IMG/VR virus record: IMGVR_UViG_3300021420_000030
Strand: one strand, 5' to 3'
From: an uncultured virus (IMG/VR IMGVR_UViG_3300021420_000030)
Taxonomy: Duplodnaviria > Heunggongvirae > Uroviricota > Caudoviricetes
DNA length: 64,000 nucleotides
Shown here one piece after another: positions 1 through 9,111 of this stretch. The notes beneath the pieces are model-generated. The model worked only from the letters and a program-made list of their open reading frames with translations. It searched no databases and was not told the origin of the DNA. The translations under genes and the position numbers were made by a program. The stretch's first letter is position 1; each line of letters opens with the position of its first letter.

Positions 1-228
1 GGGGACGGGTACGGGTACGGATACGGGTCCGGGTCCGGGTACGGGGACGGGTACGGGTACGGGTACGGGTCCGGGTCCGGGTACGGGTACGGGTCCGGGT
101 ACGGGTACGGGTCCGGGTACGGGGACGGGGACGGGTCCGGGTCCGGGTACGGGTCCGGGTACGTGTCCGGGTACGGGTACGGGTACGGGGACGGGTACGG
201 GTCCGGGTACGGGTCCGGGTACGGATAT
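1..228 (+). repeat. Hexamer-periodic coding repeat GGG(TAC/TCC/GAC) encoding Gly-(Tyr/Ser/Asp) dipeptides
   Basis: Directly visible; open in frame 1 from position 1. Confidence 0.95.
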
Positions 229-573
229 TGGCAAGCCCTATTTCGCGGCTCTATTTCAAAGTGGACGGATTGGAGTCGGGAACGCTGGCGACAGTTGCTT
301 CGTGAGGATTGTGTACTCGCCTTCTGGAGATCAGACGCTGATGGCCATGCGTCCAACTGCGGAAAAACCAAAGCCGCCGCCGCTCCGGGTGTTATCGAAA
401 CCACGGATGGCCCGCTCGCCATATGTACCAGACATGCCGTGCACGCCACGATGAATCCGGATAAGTGGAAAGGCGACCGCCTATGGGTCGTGGCGCTATT
501 CGGTGAAGTTCAATGGCAAGACGATAAGTGCGCTTCTTTGAAGCGCGAAATTATCGGAGAAGTTTATTTGTAA
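1..573 (+). CDS. Phage protein with N-terminal GYGSGDG repeats (5'-partial)
   Basis: ORF 163..573 is open upstream to position 1; the repeat is followed by a globular domain. Confidence 0.8.
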   Translation, partial: GDGYGYGYGSGSGYGDGYGYGYGSGSGYGYGSGYGYGSGYGDGDGSGSGYGSGYVSGYGYGYGDGYGSGYGSGYGYWQALFRGSISKWTDWSRERWRQLLREDCVLAFWRSDADGHASNCGKTKAAAAPGVIETTDGPLAICTRHAVHATMNPDKWKGDRLWVVALFGEVQWQDDKCASLKREIIGEVYL

Positions 574-622
574 ACAACCCGCCTCCGGGACTTCCCACCG
601 GAGGCACAGAAAGGAAACGACA

Positions 623-790
623 ATGAAAAAGACTATCGCAACGATTCTCTTGGGCTGGTACGTCATGACCTTCCAGGGTCAGAAGGCCGCTGGCCCCTAT
701 ACGACCGAATCCGACTGTGCCCTCGTAGCCTGGCAACTGTCGATTCAGTTCCCCAACCAGATTCTTCTCCAATGCCGGGAGTACCGATGA
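623..790 (+). CDS. Small hypothetical protein (MKKTIATILLGWYVM...), hydrophobic N-terminus
   Basis: AAGGA RBS; 55 aa; ATGA overlap with next ORF. Confidence 0.6.
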   Translation: MKKTIATILLGWYVMTFQGQKAAGPYTTESDCALVAWQLSIQFPNQILLQCREYR

Positions 791-1011
791 AGAACATCAT
801 CCCGACTCCCAGCACCTGGAAGAACCAGCTGGTCAACGACCATATCCGGGATTTCCCGATATCCACCGCTCACGACATCATCGACAGGCTGAGCCTGGAG
901 CTGGATTTGAACGGAGGATTCAGCACCTTACGCGAAGAACGGATCCGGGAACTCGACCGGACCATCACGCTCTTGATTGCCCATATCGATGCGAAGAAAG
1001 GAGAACTGTGA
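787..1011 (+). CDS. Hypothetical protein
   Basis: Coupled ORF in operon. Confidence 0.6.
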   Translation: MKNIIPTPSTWKNQLVNDHIRDFPISTAHDIIDRLSLELDLNGGFSTLREERIRELDRTITLLIAHIDAKKGEL

Positions 1012-1292
1012 GAAAGAAGAAGATCGAATCCAAGCCCATTGAGCGGGAAATCGATATTCCCAGTACCAATGAAATCATCGGCTACGCCCATTGCGGCCTG
1101 TGTCTGGGTGAAATGCCCGAAGGAATCAGCCCACGGGAATATTCCTCCATTGAGGTGGGATATACCCCGCAAGGCTGGCAGGCGTGGTGTAAACGCCATG
1201 ATGTCAACATCGTTCACATCCACTTTGAAGGCCAGAAACATCCGGCCAATACCGCACGCCAGTTGTTACCGGGAGAGGAGCGTCCCTCATGA
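1008..1292 (+). CDS. Hypothetical protein (HCxxC...WCxxH putative Zn-binding)
   Basis: AAGGAG RBS, GTG start, metal-ligand motifs. Confidence 0.7.
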   Translation: MRKKKIESKPIEREIDIPSTNEIIGYAHCGLCLGEMPEGISPREYSSIEVGYTPQGWQAWCKRHDVNIVHIHFEGQKHPANTARQLLPGEERPS

Positions 1293-1459
1293 GGACATTT
1301 GAAGTTTGCGTTATGGGCGCTCTCGAAGAGACGCGCGAGACATTCATGGAACACTGGAGCGATCCTGAACATTATCAGGATGCCATGAATTTCGCGCTAG
1401 GACTGTTTGTGGGCATCGTTCTCAAGAAGATGAGGGAAACGGAGGATAAGCCCGAATGA
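1289..1459 (+). CDS. Small hypothetical protein
   Basis: GAGGAG RBS; ATGA overlaps at both ends. Confidence 0.6.
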   Translation: MRTFEVCVMGALEETRETFMEHWSDPEHYQDAMNFALGLFVGIVLKKMRETEDKPE

Positions 1460-1938
1460 AACGCGTAGAGAAGCAAATAACCACAAAAGAGGGAACCGTT
1501 ACTCTCTATTCCTTCGATGGTATCCGCTGGCATCTGTCCTCCAAAGATGCCGCACGCCGGGTGAATGCGGGATGGCAGTTTCAGAAATATCGAGAGGAAC
1601 AAAAGAAACGCGGTCCTGATGGCCGCTTTAAGAAACAGGAGAAGAAAGAAACGATCGTTTCTCCCGAATCCCGGCTGGAGTCTCTGGGAATCGTTCGCCA
1701 TGGCTCCCCCATCCTTGGTAAAGCCAAGGGAAAGAATCAGAAATACCGGAGAAATCTCCGGGCCAAGAAAGAACAGGATGTCCGCGTCATGCGAAAGGCG
1801 GCAATCCATTATCACCGATGTACGGGCCACCGTTTCGCCTGTGCATGCGAAACCCCGTATCTGAAAAGAAAATGCAGTGGCGGCCCATTGTGCCTCTTAG
1901 AAATGGCAAATAGAGAGGAGCCTCATGAAAACCATTAA
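1456..1938 (+). CDS. Basic hypothetical protein
   Basis: GGAGG RBS, coupled ORF. Confidence 0.65.
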   Translation: MKRVEKQITTKEGTVTLYSFDGIRWHLSSKDAARRVNAGWQFQKYREEQKKRGPDGRFKKQEKKETIVSPESRLESLGIVRHGSPILGKAKGKNQKYRRNLRAKKEQDVRVMRKAAIHYHRCTGHRFACACETPYLKRKCSGGPLCLLEMANREEPHENH

Positions 1939-2170
1939 TGCTCTCCGCTCTCTCGACACTTTACTGGAATGTACCGATTCCTGTTGGGATACCGAATCCA
2001 TTAAAGTCGCGGATCTGGCGCTGAAACTGGCGGACGTCGCCATCACCGCCGATGTTCCCCAGATTGGAGTCGCGGCTCTCCTGTTGACCCTGAAACTCCA
2101 TGTGAAGGCTGGACTGGCGGCCATGGACAAACCCTCCGGTGTCTCACCGGAAGGAAAGGAAACCGAATAA
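1925..2170 (+). CDS. Hypothetical protein
   Basis: GAGGAG RBS. Confidence 0.6.
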   Translation: MKTINALRSLDTLLECTDSCWDTESIKVADLALKLADVAITADVPQIGVAALLLTLKLHVKAGLAAMDKPSGVSPEGKETE

Positions 2171-2487
2171 TGGAAAAACGGAAGGCTTCATTTGAACACC
2201 GGTATCGTCCCGGAGACTTGCCGGTGGAGGAACTGGTGAAACAAGCCAATCTCCGCAGAGCCGAAGGCTGGGATATTCACTTCAAGTTTACCTGTGCCTG
2301 GTGCGGGGAACGCTGCACCCTGGAACACACCAATCACCTGTATCCGGAAGGCGAATGCTTCCAATGTGGCAAAACCACCATCATCGATGTCGGCGGCTTT
2401 GCCATGACCCTGTCCACCAACGCGCCTGAAAAGGCGTTAAAAACACTGCTCAACCCAAAGAAAGGAGAACCCCGTGAAGATTCCTGA
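2170..2487 (+). CDS. Zn-ribbon protein (CxxC...CxxC)
   Basis: CAWC/CFQC motifs; AAGGA RBS. Confidence 0.7.
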   Translation: MEKRKASFEHRYRPGDLPVEELVKQANLRRAEGWDIHFKFTCAWCGERCTLEHTNHLYPEGECFQCGKTTIIDVGGFAMTLSTNAPEKALKTLLNPKKGEPREDS

Positions 2488-2995
2488 AGGCTTAGAAATC
2501 AAAGAGACCGATACCCCATGCAACTGCCGCTGGATGGCCTGCTCGGTCCATCCCCAGTCCCTCTGCACCAACCATGCTCAGGCATGGCTCTGCAAAAATT
2601 GTACCGATCTCCACTATCTCGGAGACGGTACCCTCGGGGAGGATATCCACATCTGCGTCCCCTGTTCCCTGACCGTTCTCGATGTCTATACCGAGGAAAT
2701 CCCGCGCTTTATGGGTGCCCTGAACGGCCACGTCCCCGCCCATCTGTCCCATCTCCACGATTTTGTCCGCCGCTCCTATATGGCCAACATCGATGAAGTC
2801 GGCTGGTGGACCCCCCACGAGGACGCCTTCGCCGTGCTGTCGCTGGCAACCGTGATCCTTACCCCTAAGCCCAAGGAGGAACTCGATGAACTGGCTCAAG
2901 TGATCTCGCTCGTCGCCTTACGCAAACTCGTCACGAAAGTTCAAGAAATCTCCCTCGCCTATGGACGAACCGAGGATTGCCATGTTGAAGACTAA
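2474..2995 (+). CDS. Cys-rich hypothetical protein
   Basis: AAGGAG RBS; several CxxC motifs. Confidence 0.65.
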   Translation: MKIPEGLEIKETDTPCNCRWMACSVHPQSLCTNHAQAWLCKNCTDLHYLGDGTLGEDIHICVPCSLTVLDVYTEEIPRFMGALNGHVPAHLSHLHDFVRRSYMANIDEVGWWTPHEDAFAVLSLATVILTPKPKEELDELAQVISLVALRKLVTKVQEISLAYGRTEDCHVED

Positions 2996-3260
2996 GAAAA
3001 AGTGGACCCCGCTTAACTCGTCCAACCTCGCGGCCTGCCGGTACTTTCGCCAAACCGGCCTGTTGCTGATCGAGTTCCGGTCCGGCTCGATCTATGGCTA
3101 TGCCGGTGTCGGCTGGCCCACCTATATGCGTTTCCGTTATGCGGAGTCGCATGGCTCGTATTTCGCGAGAAATATCCGCGAATCGTTCCAGTACAAAGAA
3201 TTCAGTCCCACTGAACTGTCTGAAGCCGGGATTCCGGTGCCTCCACCGGAGTCTCGTTAA
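2982..3260 (+). CDS. KTSC-domain protein
   Basis: SSNLAACRY...LLIEFRSGSIYGYAGV...AESHGSYFARNIR fits the KTSC pattern. Confidence 0.85.
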   Translation: MLKTKKKWTPLNSSNLAACRYFRQTGLLLIEFRSGSIYGYAGVGWPTYMRFRYAESHGSYFARNIRESFQYKEFSPTELSEAGIPVPPPESR

Positions 3261-3277
3261 CCGTTAAAAGGTGACTT

Positions 3278-4045
3278 ATGACAACACGTAAACGACCAAA
3301 AACCATTAAACACACTGCCAGAAGAAAGGAAACCAAGAAAATGACAACTTGCTGGGATCTTGCCGAAACCGCCGTCACTGCCAAAGCACAGCGTCTCTTA
3401 ATCTGGGGCCCGAAAGGACTCGCCAAGTCCCGCTGGGCCCAGGATATCCTCGCTCAGTCCCATAACAACGTCTCGCAATGCACGCTGAACGAAGACCTCG
3501 CCGTTCAGGAACTCCTGGGCCACTACATCCCCAAAGGCACCGCGTTTCAGTGGCACGATGGCCCGGTGATGGAAGCCTTCCGTTCCGGCTCAGGCCTCGT
3601 CGTCAACGAGATTGGCCGGGCCTCGGGTGCCGTTCATGATATGTTTCTTGCGGTCCTCGATGATGCCACGGTCTCGAAGATTGCCCTGGCCAACGGCGAG
3701 AACGTGAAACCGGGAGCCCACTTCCAGGTGATTGCCACCTCCAACGCCGCTCCCGATGCTCTGGATGAAGCCCTCCACGACCGCTTTGATGCCATTATCG
3801 AAATCAACTGCCCGCATCCGGGTCTGATCGATCACTTGAACGAAAAACGCAATGGCCTGGGCACCGTCATTGCCCGCTCCTATCAGGATAAAGCACGGAC
3901 CATCTCTCCCCGCCGTGCGTTGGCATTCATCTCGTTTACGCTCAATGGGGTGAAAGAGGAAACCGCTGCCCTGCTCGCCTTTGGCAAACTTGCCAAGGAC
4001 GTGCTCGTGGCGCTGGCCACCATCCCCGTCGCGTCCGGGAAATAA
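3278..4045 (+). CDS. MoxR/CbbQ-like AAA+ ATPase
   Basis: Walker A-like GPKGLAKS, WHDGPV, Walker B-like VVNEI, FQVIATSN, LDEALHDRF. Confidence 0.85.
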   Translation: MTTRKRPKTIKHTARRKETKKMTTCWDLAETAVTAKAQRLLIWGPKGLAKSRWAQDILAQSHNNVSQCTLNEDLAVQELLGHYIPKGTAFQWHDGPVMEAFRSGSGLVVNEIGRASGAVHDMFLAVLDDATVSKIALANGENVKPGAHFQVIATSNAAPDALDEALHDRFDAIIEINCPHPGLIDHLNEKRNGLGTVIARSYQDKARTISPRRALAFISFTLNGVKEETAALLAFGKLAKDVLVALATIPVASGK

Positions 4046-4047
4046 CC

Positions 4048-5280
4048 ATGAAACGCAAAACATTACACGATATTAAGGCACCGGGGGCGGGCCGGGAAGC
4101 CAGCGGAGCGATCCCCCATGTGTTCCACCGGCATGGGAAACTGAACCATTACGCGAAGACCCATGTGCAGGATAAAACCGGAACGCTGTATTTTCCAATT
4201 CAGACCGATAGCGAGAGACTCACCGCCTATGGGGCCATTGCCGCCGGGGATGCCATGGTGGTCCCGAACAAGAACGGCACCGACACCCTGCGCATTGCCC
4301 TCCAGACCGCAGTCGGCCATCGCCTGATGGCTCCCATGCGGGACGGTCCCTACGGCATGGCCCCCGTCTGGGGGCAGCAAGAGACATCGTACTTTTCCGC
4401 TCTGGAAGCCCTGCGCCAGTATGGCTCGGCCAACCAGGAAAATATGCTCGGGGTGACGCGGAAGCTCCTGCGGACCAAGGGCCTCAAGCATCAGGCCAAT
4501 ATCCTGGAACCCATGATCCGTGGGGCGATCGATATGGCGCTGGACTTCGATCATGCGGGTCTCGACTGGTTCTACCGGGAGTTTCATTCGCTATACGGGA
4601 CCGACGAGAAGCCCAACCCGGAATCGAATGATAAGGGCCCTCCGGTGGTTGTACCGGAGCCATGGGGCATCGCGCTGCCCGGTCCGGGAAAAGGGGAGTC
4701 CGGGGTTGCCGACTGGGGACCCATGTCCATCCGTAAGGCTCCCATGACGCCGTGGAAGCATCCCCGGATTCGTTCCAGGGCCTCGTGGAAGTATTCCGAA
4801 TTCGGGGTGTTTAAATACCCGTGGCGGGCCCTGCCCTCTTCCGATTACCGCTGCTTCTCGGTCAAGCGGCGGCAGTACGGCGGGACGCTTCTGATCGATA
4901 TGTCGGGGAGCATGTCGATTGACCAATACGAAGTCGATCAGATCCTGAACATGGCTCCTTATGCCACCATTGCCTGCTATGGCTCGACCCACGGTGAGAA
5001 ATGTCAATCCGGCCGGTTGGTGATCATTGCCCAGGATATGCAGAAAGGCGAGACCGCAGCGGCCCGCTCCCGCATCGGCATCGGCAATGTGGTCGATGGC
5101 CCGGCGCTCCAGTGGCTCGCCAAGCAAGATGGCCCCCGCATCTGGATCTCCGATGGCGGCGTTACCGGTATCGGCGATACGGGCAGCCCTGCATGCCGCT
5201 ATGAAGCGGCGGCCATCTGCCATGCGGGACGGATCATCCAGATTGGTACGCTCGCTGAACTGATTGCGAAACTCCAATAG
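4048..5280 (+). CDS. vWA (MIDAS) domain protein, likely partner of the AAA+ ATPase
   Basis: LLIDMSGSM (DxSxS) and WISDGG motifs; directly after the AAA gene. Confidence 0.8.
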   Translation: MKRKTLHDIKAPGAGREASGAIPHVFHRHGKLNHYAKTHVQDKTGTLYFPIQTDSERLTAYGAIAAGDAMVVPNKNGTDTLRIALQTAVGHRLMAPMRDGPYGMAPVWGQQETSYFSALEALRQYGSANQENMLGVTRKLLRTKGLKHQANILEPMIRGAIDMALDFDHAGLDWFYREFHSLYGTDEKPNPESNDKGPPVVVPEPWGIALPGPGKGESGVADWGPMSIRKAPMTPWKHPRIRSRASWKYSEFGVFKYPWRALPSSDYRCFSVKRRQYGGTLLIDMSGSMSIDQYEVDQILNMAPYATIACYGSTHGEKCQSGRLVIIAQDMQKGETAAARSRIGIGNVVDGPALQWLAKQDGPRIWISDGGVTGIGDTGSPACRYEAAAICHAGRIIQIGTLAELIAKLQ

Positions 5281-5298
5281 AAAGGAATTGCTTAAAAC

Positions 5299-5517
5299 AT
5301 GAAAGGCTCACGCTCGCGAACCACCTGGGCGTGCCGCACCTGTGGGCGGCGGTTTTATGACCGCCGCTCCTGGGCCGCACACCTCTGGGTGAAACACCAG
5401 GTCGCCGTCCTTCGCCGATGGCGGCCCAAGGAGAAATCATGTCATCCCCCCCGATCCGATATGCCGCCACAACCGGCCGCGTCTGGTCCCATGACTGGGG
5501 AACACTCATTGAAGTGA
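5299..5517 (+). CDS. C2H2-type zinc-finger protein
   Basis: C-x2-C-x3-F-x5-W-x2-H-x4-H; AAGGA RBS. Confidence 0.6.
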   Translation: MKGSRSRTTWACRTCGRRFYDRRSWAAHLWVKHQVAVLRRWRPKEKSCHPPRSDMPPQPAASGPMTGEHSLK

Positions 5518-5664
5518 TCTGCCCCCAGTGCGGCTTTACCACATTTTATGTACCGGGCATTGCCAACTGCTGTTTATGCGATCGCCGATTCAAGGTGGCG
5601 ATGCTCTCCGCTGTCCCCAAACCCGCTCCGGTGTCACCACCGGACACATCCGAGGAACATCCTC

Positions 5665-6600
5665 ATGCCGAAACAACTGAAGAATGACGAACCCTATGGC
5701 GAAATCATGGACATCTCGCCGAAACTGGCCATGGACTGGCTCTCCACCATTCCCGACTATCAACGCAAGATCGATGAGCGCCAGGTCAATAAACTCGTCA
5801 TGGCCATCCAACGCAACGAATGGCGCTTGAATGGAGCCGCCATCGTCTTTAACGAGAAAGGAGAGTTAATCGATGGCCAGCACCGGCTGACGGCCATCTA
5901 CAAGAGCGGAAAAACCGTGCAGTCGCTCGTGGTCACCGGGGTCAGCAAAGATGAAATCACCTTCGCTTCACTCGGGGATACCAAGCCCCGGCGGGTATCG
6001 GATTTTCTCCACACCACCAACGTCCACGTCGTGGCTTCGGTGCTGCGTTATGTGTGGTTCATGGAAAATAAGATGCTGTCTTACGCCGTGCGCCTCACCC
6101 GCAACCATCAACCCTCGCCGAAATTCACAAACCCGCCCGTGGCCGAAATTGTCCGCCTGGCCAAGAAACATGCCGAGCCGATCGCGGCACTGGTGGAACC
6201 CTTAAACGAGGCCCGGCGCCTCACCAAAGGCGGAAGCTGGGTGGTCTTTCTGATGTACTACTTTGAGACCTACCGGCCGAAAGAAGAAGCCGTGAAAGTG
6301 GCCGAGTTCTTCGCCCGTGTCGGCGATGGGGTGGATCTGAAAGCCGACTCGCCCATCCTGCAGCTGCGTAAACGCTGCGCGGAACAAGCGGGAAATCTGG
6401 TTATACCCGTAGAGATCAAGCAGGCATTGATCCTGAAGGCGCTGAATGCCTATTTGATGGGACAGAAACTGGAACGCCTGACCTTCTCTGCCGAGCGGGA
6501 ATCGTTTCCGCCGTTGCGCGGCTATGATCCGGGTCCGGCCAAGTCCACGATCCGCGAGGATGCCAAGAAACTCACCCACGAGAAAGGAGCCAGTGCATGA
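5665..6600 (+). CDS. ParB/Srx-like N-terminal domain protein (DGQHR motif)
   Basis: YQRKID...W...GELIDGQHRL; start at 5665 after GAGG RBS. Confidence 0.7.
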   Translation: MPKQLKNDEPYGEIMDISPKLAMDWLSTIPDYQRKIDERQVNKLVMAIQRNEWRLNGAAIVFNEKGELIDGQHRLTAIYKSGKTVQSLVVTGVSKDEITFASLGDTKPRRVSDFLHTTNVHVVASVLRYVWFMENKMLSYAVRLTRNHQPSPKFTNPPVAEIVRLAKKHAEPIAALVEPLNEARRLTKGGSWVVFLMYYFETYRPKEEAVKVAEFFARVGDGVDLKADSPILQLRKRCAEQAGNLVIPVEIKQALILKALNAYLMGQKLERLTFSAERESFPPLRGYDPGPAKSTIREDAKKLTHEKGASA

Positions 6601-7070
6601 CCACTATCGAGACGTTAAAAGAAATCGGCAACGCCGCGATGGCGGCGGCTAAGGAGAATATCGCGCCGAAAGGATTTCTTATTCCCGCGGTGATGACCGT
6701 GGTGGATGGGGCCGTCACGGCGGTGATTGGGGTGGGTAATATTCCAGACCGGATGAATAAACAAGACGCCTACCGTGTTATCTCAAGGAAGTTTTCCCAG
6801 ATCCGGCCCGATGCCGTGATTACGGTCAACGATTCCTACATGCGGTCGATGGATCGGGAAGAGGCGAAGGCCTATGCCAACGGGGATCTTGCCGGGGACC
6901 ACGGAGCCGTAGAGTGCATCGTGGTAGCGTTTAAGGGACCATCGATTCCGGCTCATATGCGCTGTATTCCCTACGAACGGAACGGTGTTGGCGATATCGT
7001 CTTCAAAGAAGAAGAAATCGGCTGGAGAGAAGCGGAGTTGAATCTACTGCCGGATTGGTGGCGGGTATGA
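6597..7070 (+). CDS. Hypothetical protein
   Basis: AAGGAG RBS, coupled ORF. Confidence 0.7.
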   Translation: MTTIETLKEIGNAAMAAAKENIAPKGFLIPAVMTVVDGAVTAVIGVGNIPDRMNKQDAYRVISRKFSQIRPDAVITVNDSYMRSMDREEAKAYANGDLAGDHGAVECIVVAFKGPSIPAHMRCIPYERNGVGDIVFKEEEIGWREAELNLLPDWWRV

Positions 7071-7510
7071 AAGACAAGAAGTGCAAGAAAACCGATTGCA
7101 AGATCCGCCAGTTCCAGATGGAGGCGCAAGCCAAACAGATTTCCCAGCTGCAGACCTGGCTGAATCAGACGCAGACGGTGATTAGCGAAGAAGCCGACTG
7201 GCTGGAACTGGAAAGCCGCTATGTCCGTCCGGAAATTCACCGGACGGATTTACTGAAGCGTGCCGCCGAGCTTTCGCAAGAAAGGAGTGATCTAATGGAA
7301 TGGACCCATAACATCTGTGAAGCGTGCTGGGAACTGCGCTCGGAGGAAAATGGAGAAGCCGGACGCATCCCAACCCGCATGCGTTACCCCAAACTCGAAC
7401 ATTGCTGCTTCTGTGGTAAGGGCAATGCCGACGGGATCTTTGTCCGGGAGAACCCCCGGAGCGAGAAACTACACTGTATCGACGATCATGAGAAAGGAGA
7501 CTTGAAATGA
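7067..7510 (+). CDS. Hypothetical protein (coiled coil plus CxxC motifs)
   Basis: ATGA overlaps. Confidence 0.65.
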   Translation: MKDKKCKKTDCKIRQFQMEAQAKQISQLQTWLNQTQTVISEEADWLELESRYVRPEIHRTDLLKRAAELSQERSDLMEWTHNICEACWELRSEENGEAGRIPTRMRYPKLEHCCFCGKGNADGIFVRENPRSEKLHCIDDHEKGDLK

Positions 7511-8001
7511 AAACATGGAACTTTATCGATAAAAGCCAATGGCCGGAACGGGGACCATGGGATGCTGAGCCGGACAAAGCGCAGTGGACCGATGAAGCCA
7601 CCGGGTTTCCCTGTCTGGCATTACGGAACCATGGTAGCTGGTGCGGCTATGTTGGGGTGACCAGGGATCATCCCATGTTTGGCCAGGACTATGACCATTT
7701 TGATATTGAGGTTCACGGCGGCCTGACCTTTAGCGGCTTCTGCCAGGAAGGAAAAGGAGAGCGCCGTATCTGCCATACTCCGGAGCCAGGGCAGCCCAAG
7801 TTGGTCTACTGGCTGGGATTTGATTGTGCCCATGCATGGGATCGGCGGCCGATTACAAGCCAACAGGAAATGGAAATCAATCTCCAGATTAAGAAAGAGT
7901 TTCCCCTGTCTGGATTCGATGAAGTCTATCGGGATCTGGATTACGTCCGTTCCGAATGCCGCTCTCTGGCGGCACAGCTTCAGGCGATGGTGAGACCATG
8001 A
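7507..8001 (+). CDS. Conserved phage hypothetical protein (WCGYV...HGGLTF...GFDCAH)
   Basis: Motif pattern common in phage proteins of unknown function. Confidence 0.75.
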   Translation: MKTWNFIDKSQWPERGPWDAEPDKAQWTDEATGFPCLALRNHGSWCGYVGVTRDHPMFGQDYDHFDIEVHGGLTFSGFCQEGKGERRICHTPEPGQPKLVYWLGFDCAHAWDRRPITSQQEMEINLQIKKEFPLSGFDEVYRDLDYVRSECRSLAAQLQAMVRP

Positions 8002-8288
8002 GTAAGGCTCGAAAAGATCAGATTGCCGATATTGTCGCTGAGTTTCAGGCGCTGGCGGAGGTCTACCGGGAAACCGCCGAAGCCTATACCGAAGCCCAGC
8101 AGTTGATGCTGGAAGGGGCGATCCTGTTTGCCGATGAGCAGAAGCCCAGCGATGCGTTGTGGGCCAAAACCGTTCGTTTTGGCGACCGGCAGAAAGCCGC
8201 GTTTATGAAACAAACTCAACTGCTGAATAAAATCGGAGCCATGATCCTGGATCTCCAGAAAGGAGGATCGGATGATATGGGTTCTTAA
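7998..8288 (+). CDS. Hypothetical helical protein
   Basis: Coupled ORF. Confidence 0.6.
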   Translation: MSKARKDQIADIVAEFQALAEVYRETAEAYTEAQQLMLEGAILFADEQKPSDALWAKTVRFGDRQKAAFMKQTQLLNKIGAMILDLQKGGSDDMGS

Positions 8289-8613
8289 TGCCGTGCTGGG
8301 GCTTGCAGCGGGACTCAATATCTGGATGGCGATCCAGAACTACAGGCTTGGCAAGAAGCTACAGAAAACCGGGATTCCACCGGAGGTCCTGGCAGACATC
8401 CATCGCTTTGTCGCCACCCAGATCGGGCTGGATGTGGATCTGGTGGAGCGTGTCCTGACCGATCTGGCGTTTCTCCATGGCGAACTCTATAGCTCCACCC
8501 ATGAGGAACAGAAGGGGCATGAGTGCCCCACCTGCCGCTCCACAGTTCCGGACCTGGAACGGCTTCTGAATTCCATACGAAGCCTGCAGATGCATGTGGA
8601 GAAATCAACATAA
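8272..8613 (+). CDS. Membrane-anchored hypothetical protein with CxxC
   Basis: AGGAGG RBS; hydrophobic N-terminus. Confidence 0.65.
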   Translation: MIWVLNAVLGLAAGLNIWMAIQNYRLGKKLQKTGIPPEVLADIHRFVATQIGLDVDLVERVLTDLAFLHGELYSSTHEEQKGHECPTCRSTVPDLERLLNSIRSLQMHVEKST

Positions 8614-8657
8614 CTCTCGTATCCGGTGGATCACCGGAAGGACCAGCGTAGCCGGAA

Positions 8658-9092
8658 ATGGCTACGGAGGAGGACGTGAAACTCAGTTGCTATTTTGACG
8701 GCTCGATGGGCCCGTCCGGGCCAAAGGCCATTGCCGCGTATGGCTACGTGGTGAAGGACGAGGAGGGGAAAACCGTGCACTCCTCGTCCGGCCGGGCGGC
8801 AAAAGGGGTCGATGCCTCCTGTAACGTGGCGGAATTCAGCGGCCTTTATGCCGCGATGTTCTGGGTGCATACCCATCAGCCGGAAGCGGAGGTGGTGTTT
8901 TACGGTGATTCGCAGCTGGTGATTATGCTGATGCGGGGGGAAGCCAAGGCCCGGAAAGGGAAGTATCTCCCGTATTACCGCAAAGCCATTGCGCTGGCGC
9001 TGCCCTATATCGAGAAGAAACAGTGGTCGTTTGAATGGATCGGCCGGGCGATGAACAGCGAGGCCGATAAGTTGAGTCAGTATCGTTTCTAA
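8658..9092 (+). CDS. rnhA: Ribonuclease HI family protein
   Basis: YFDGS, NVAEF, GDSQLV, NSEADKLS catalytic motifs. Confidence 0.85.
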   Translation: MATEEDVKLSCYFDGSMGPSGPKAIAAYGYVVKDEEGKTVHSSSGRAAKGVDASCNVAEFSGLYAAMFWVHTHQPEAEVVFYGDSQLVIMLMRGEAKARKGKYLPYYRKAIALALPYIEKKQWSFEWIGRAMNSEADKLSQYRF

Positions 9093-9111
9093 ATTCAGTA
9101 AAGGAGAATAT

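Noticed and set aside
3278..5280. cobS/cobT cobalamin biosynthesis genes, tempting because of the B12 radical SAM
   Set aside because: Only generic MoxR-AAA and vWA motifs; no cobN or other cob genes
5665..6600. DndB / phosphorothioation system
   Set aside because: Only the DGQHR motif is shared; no dnd or ssp genes
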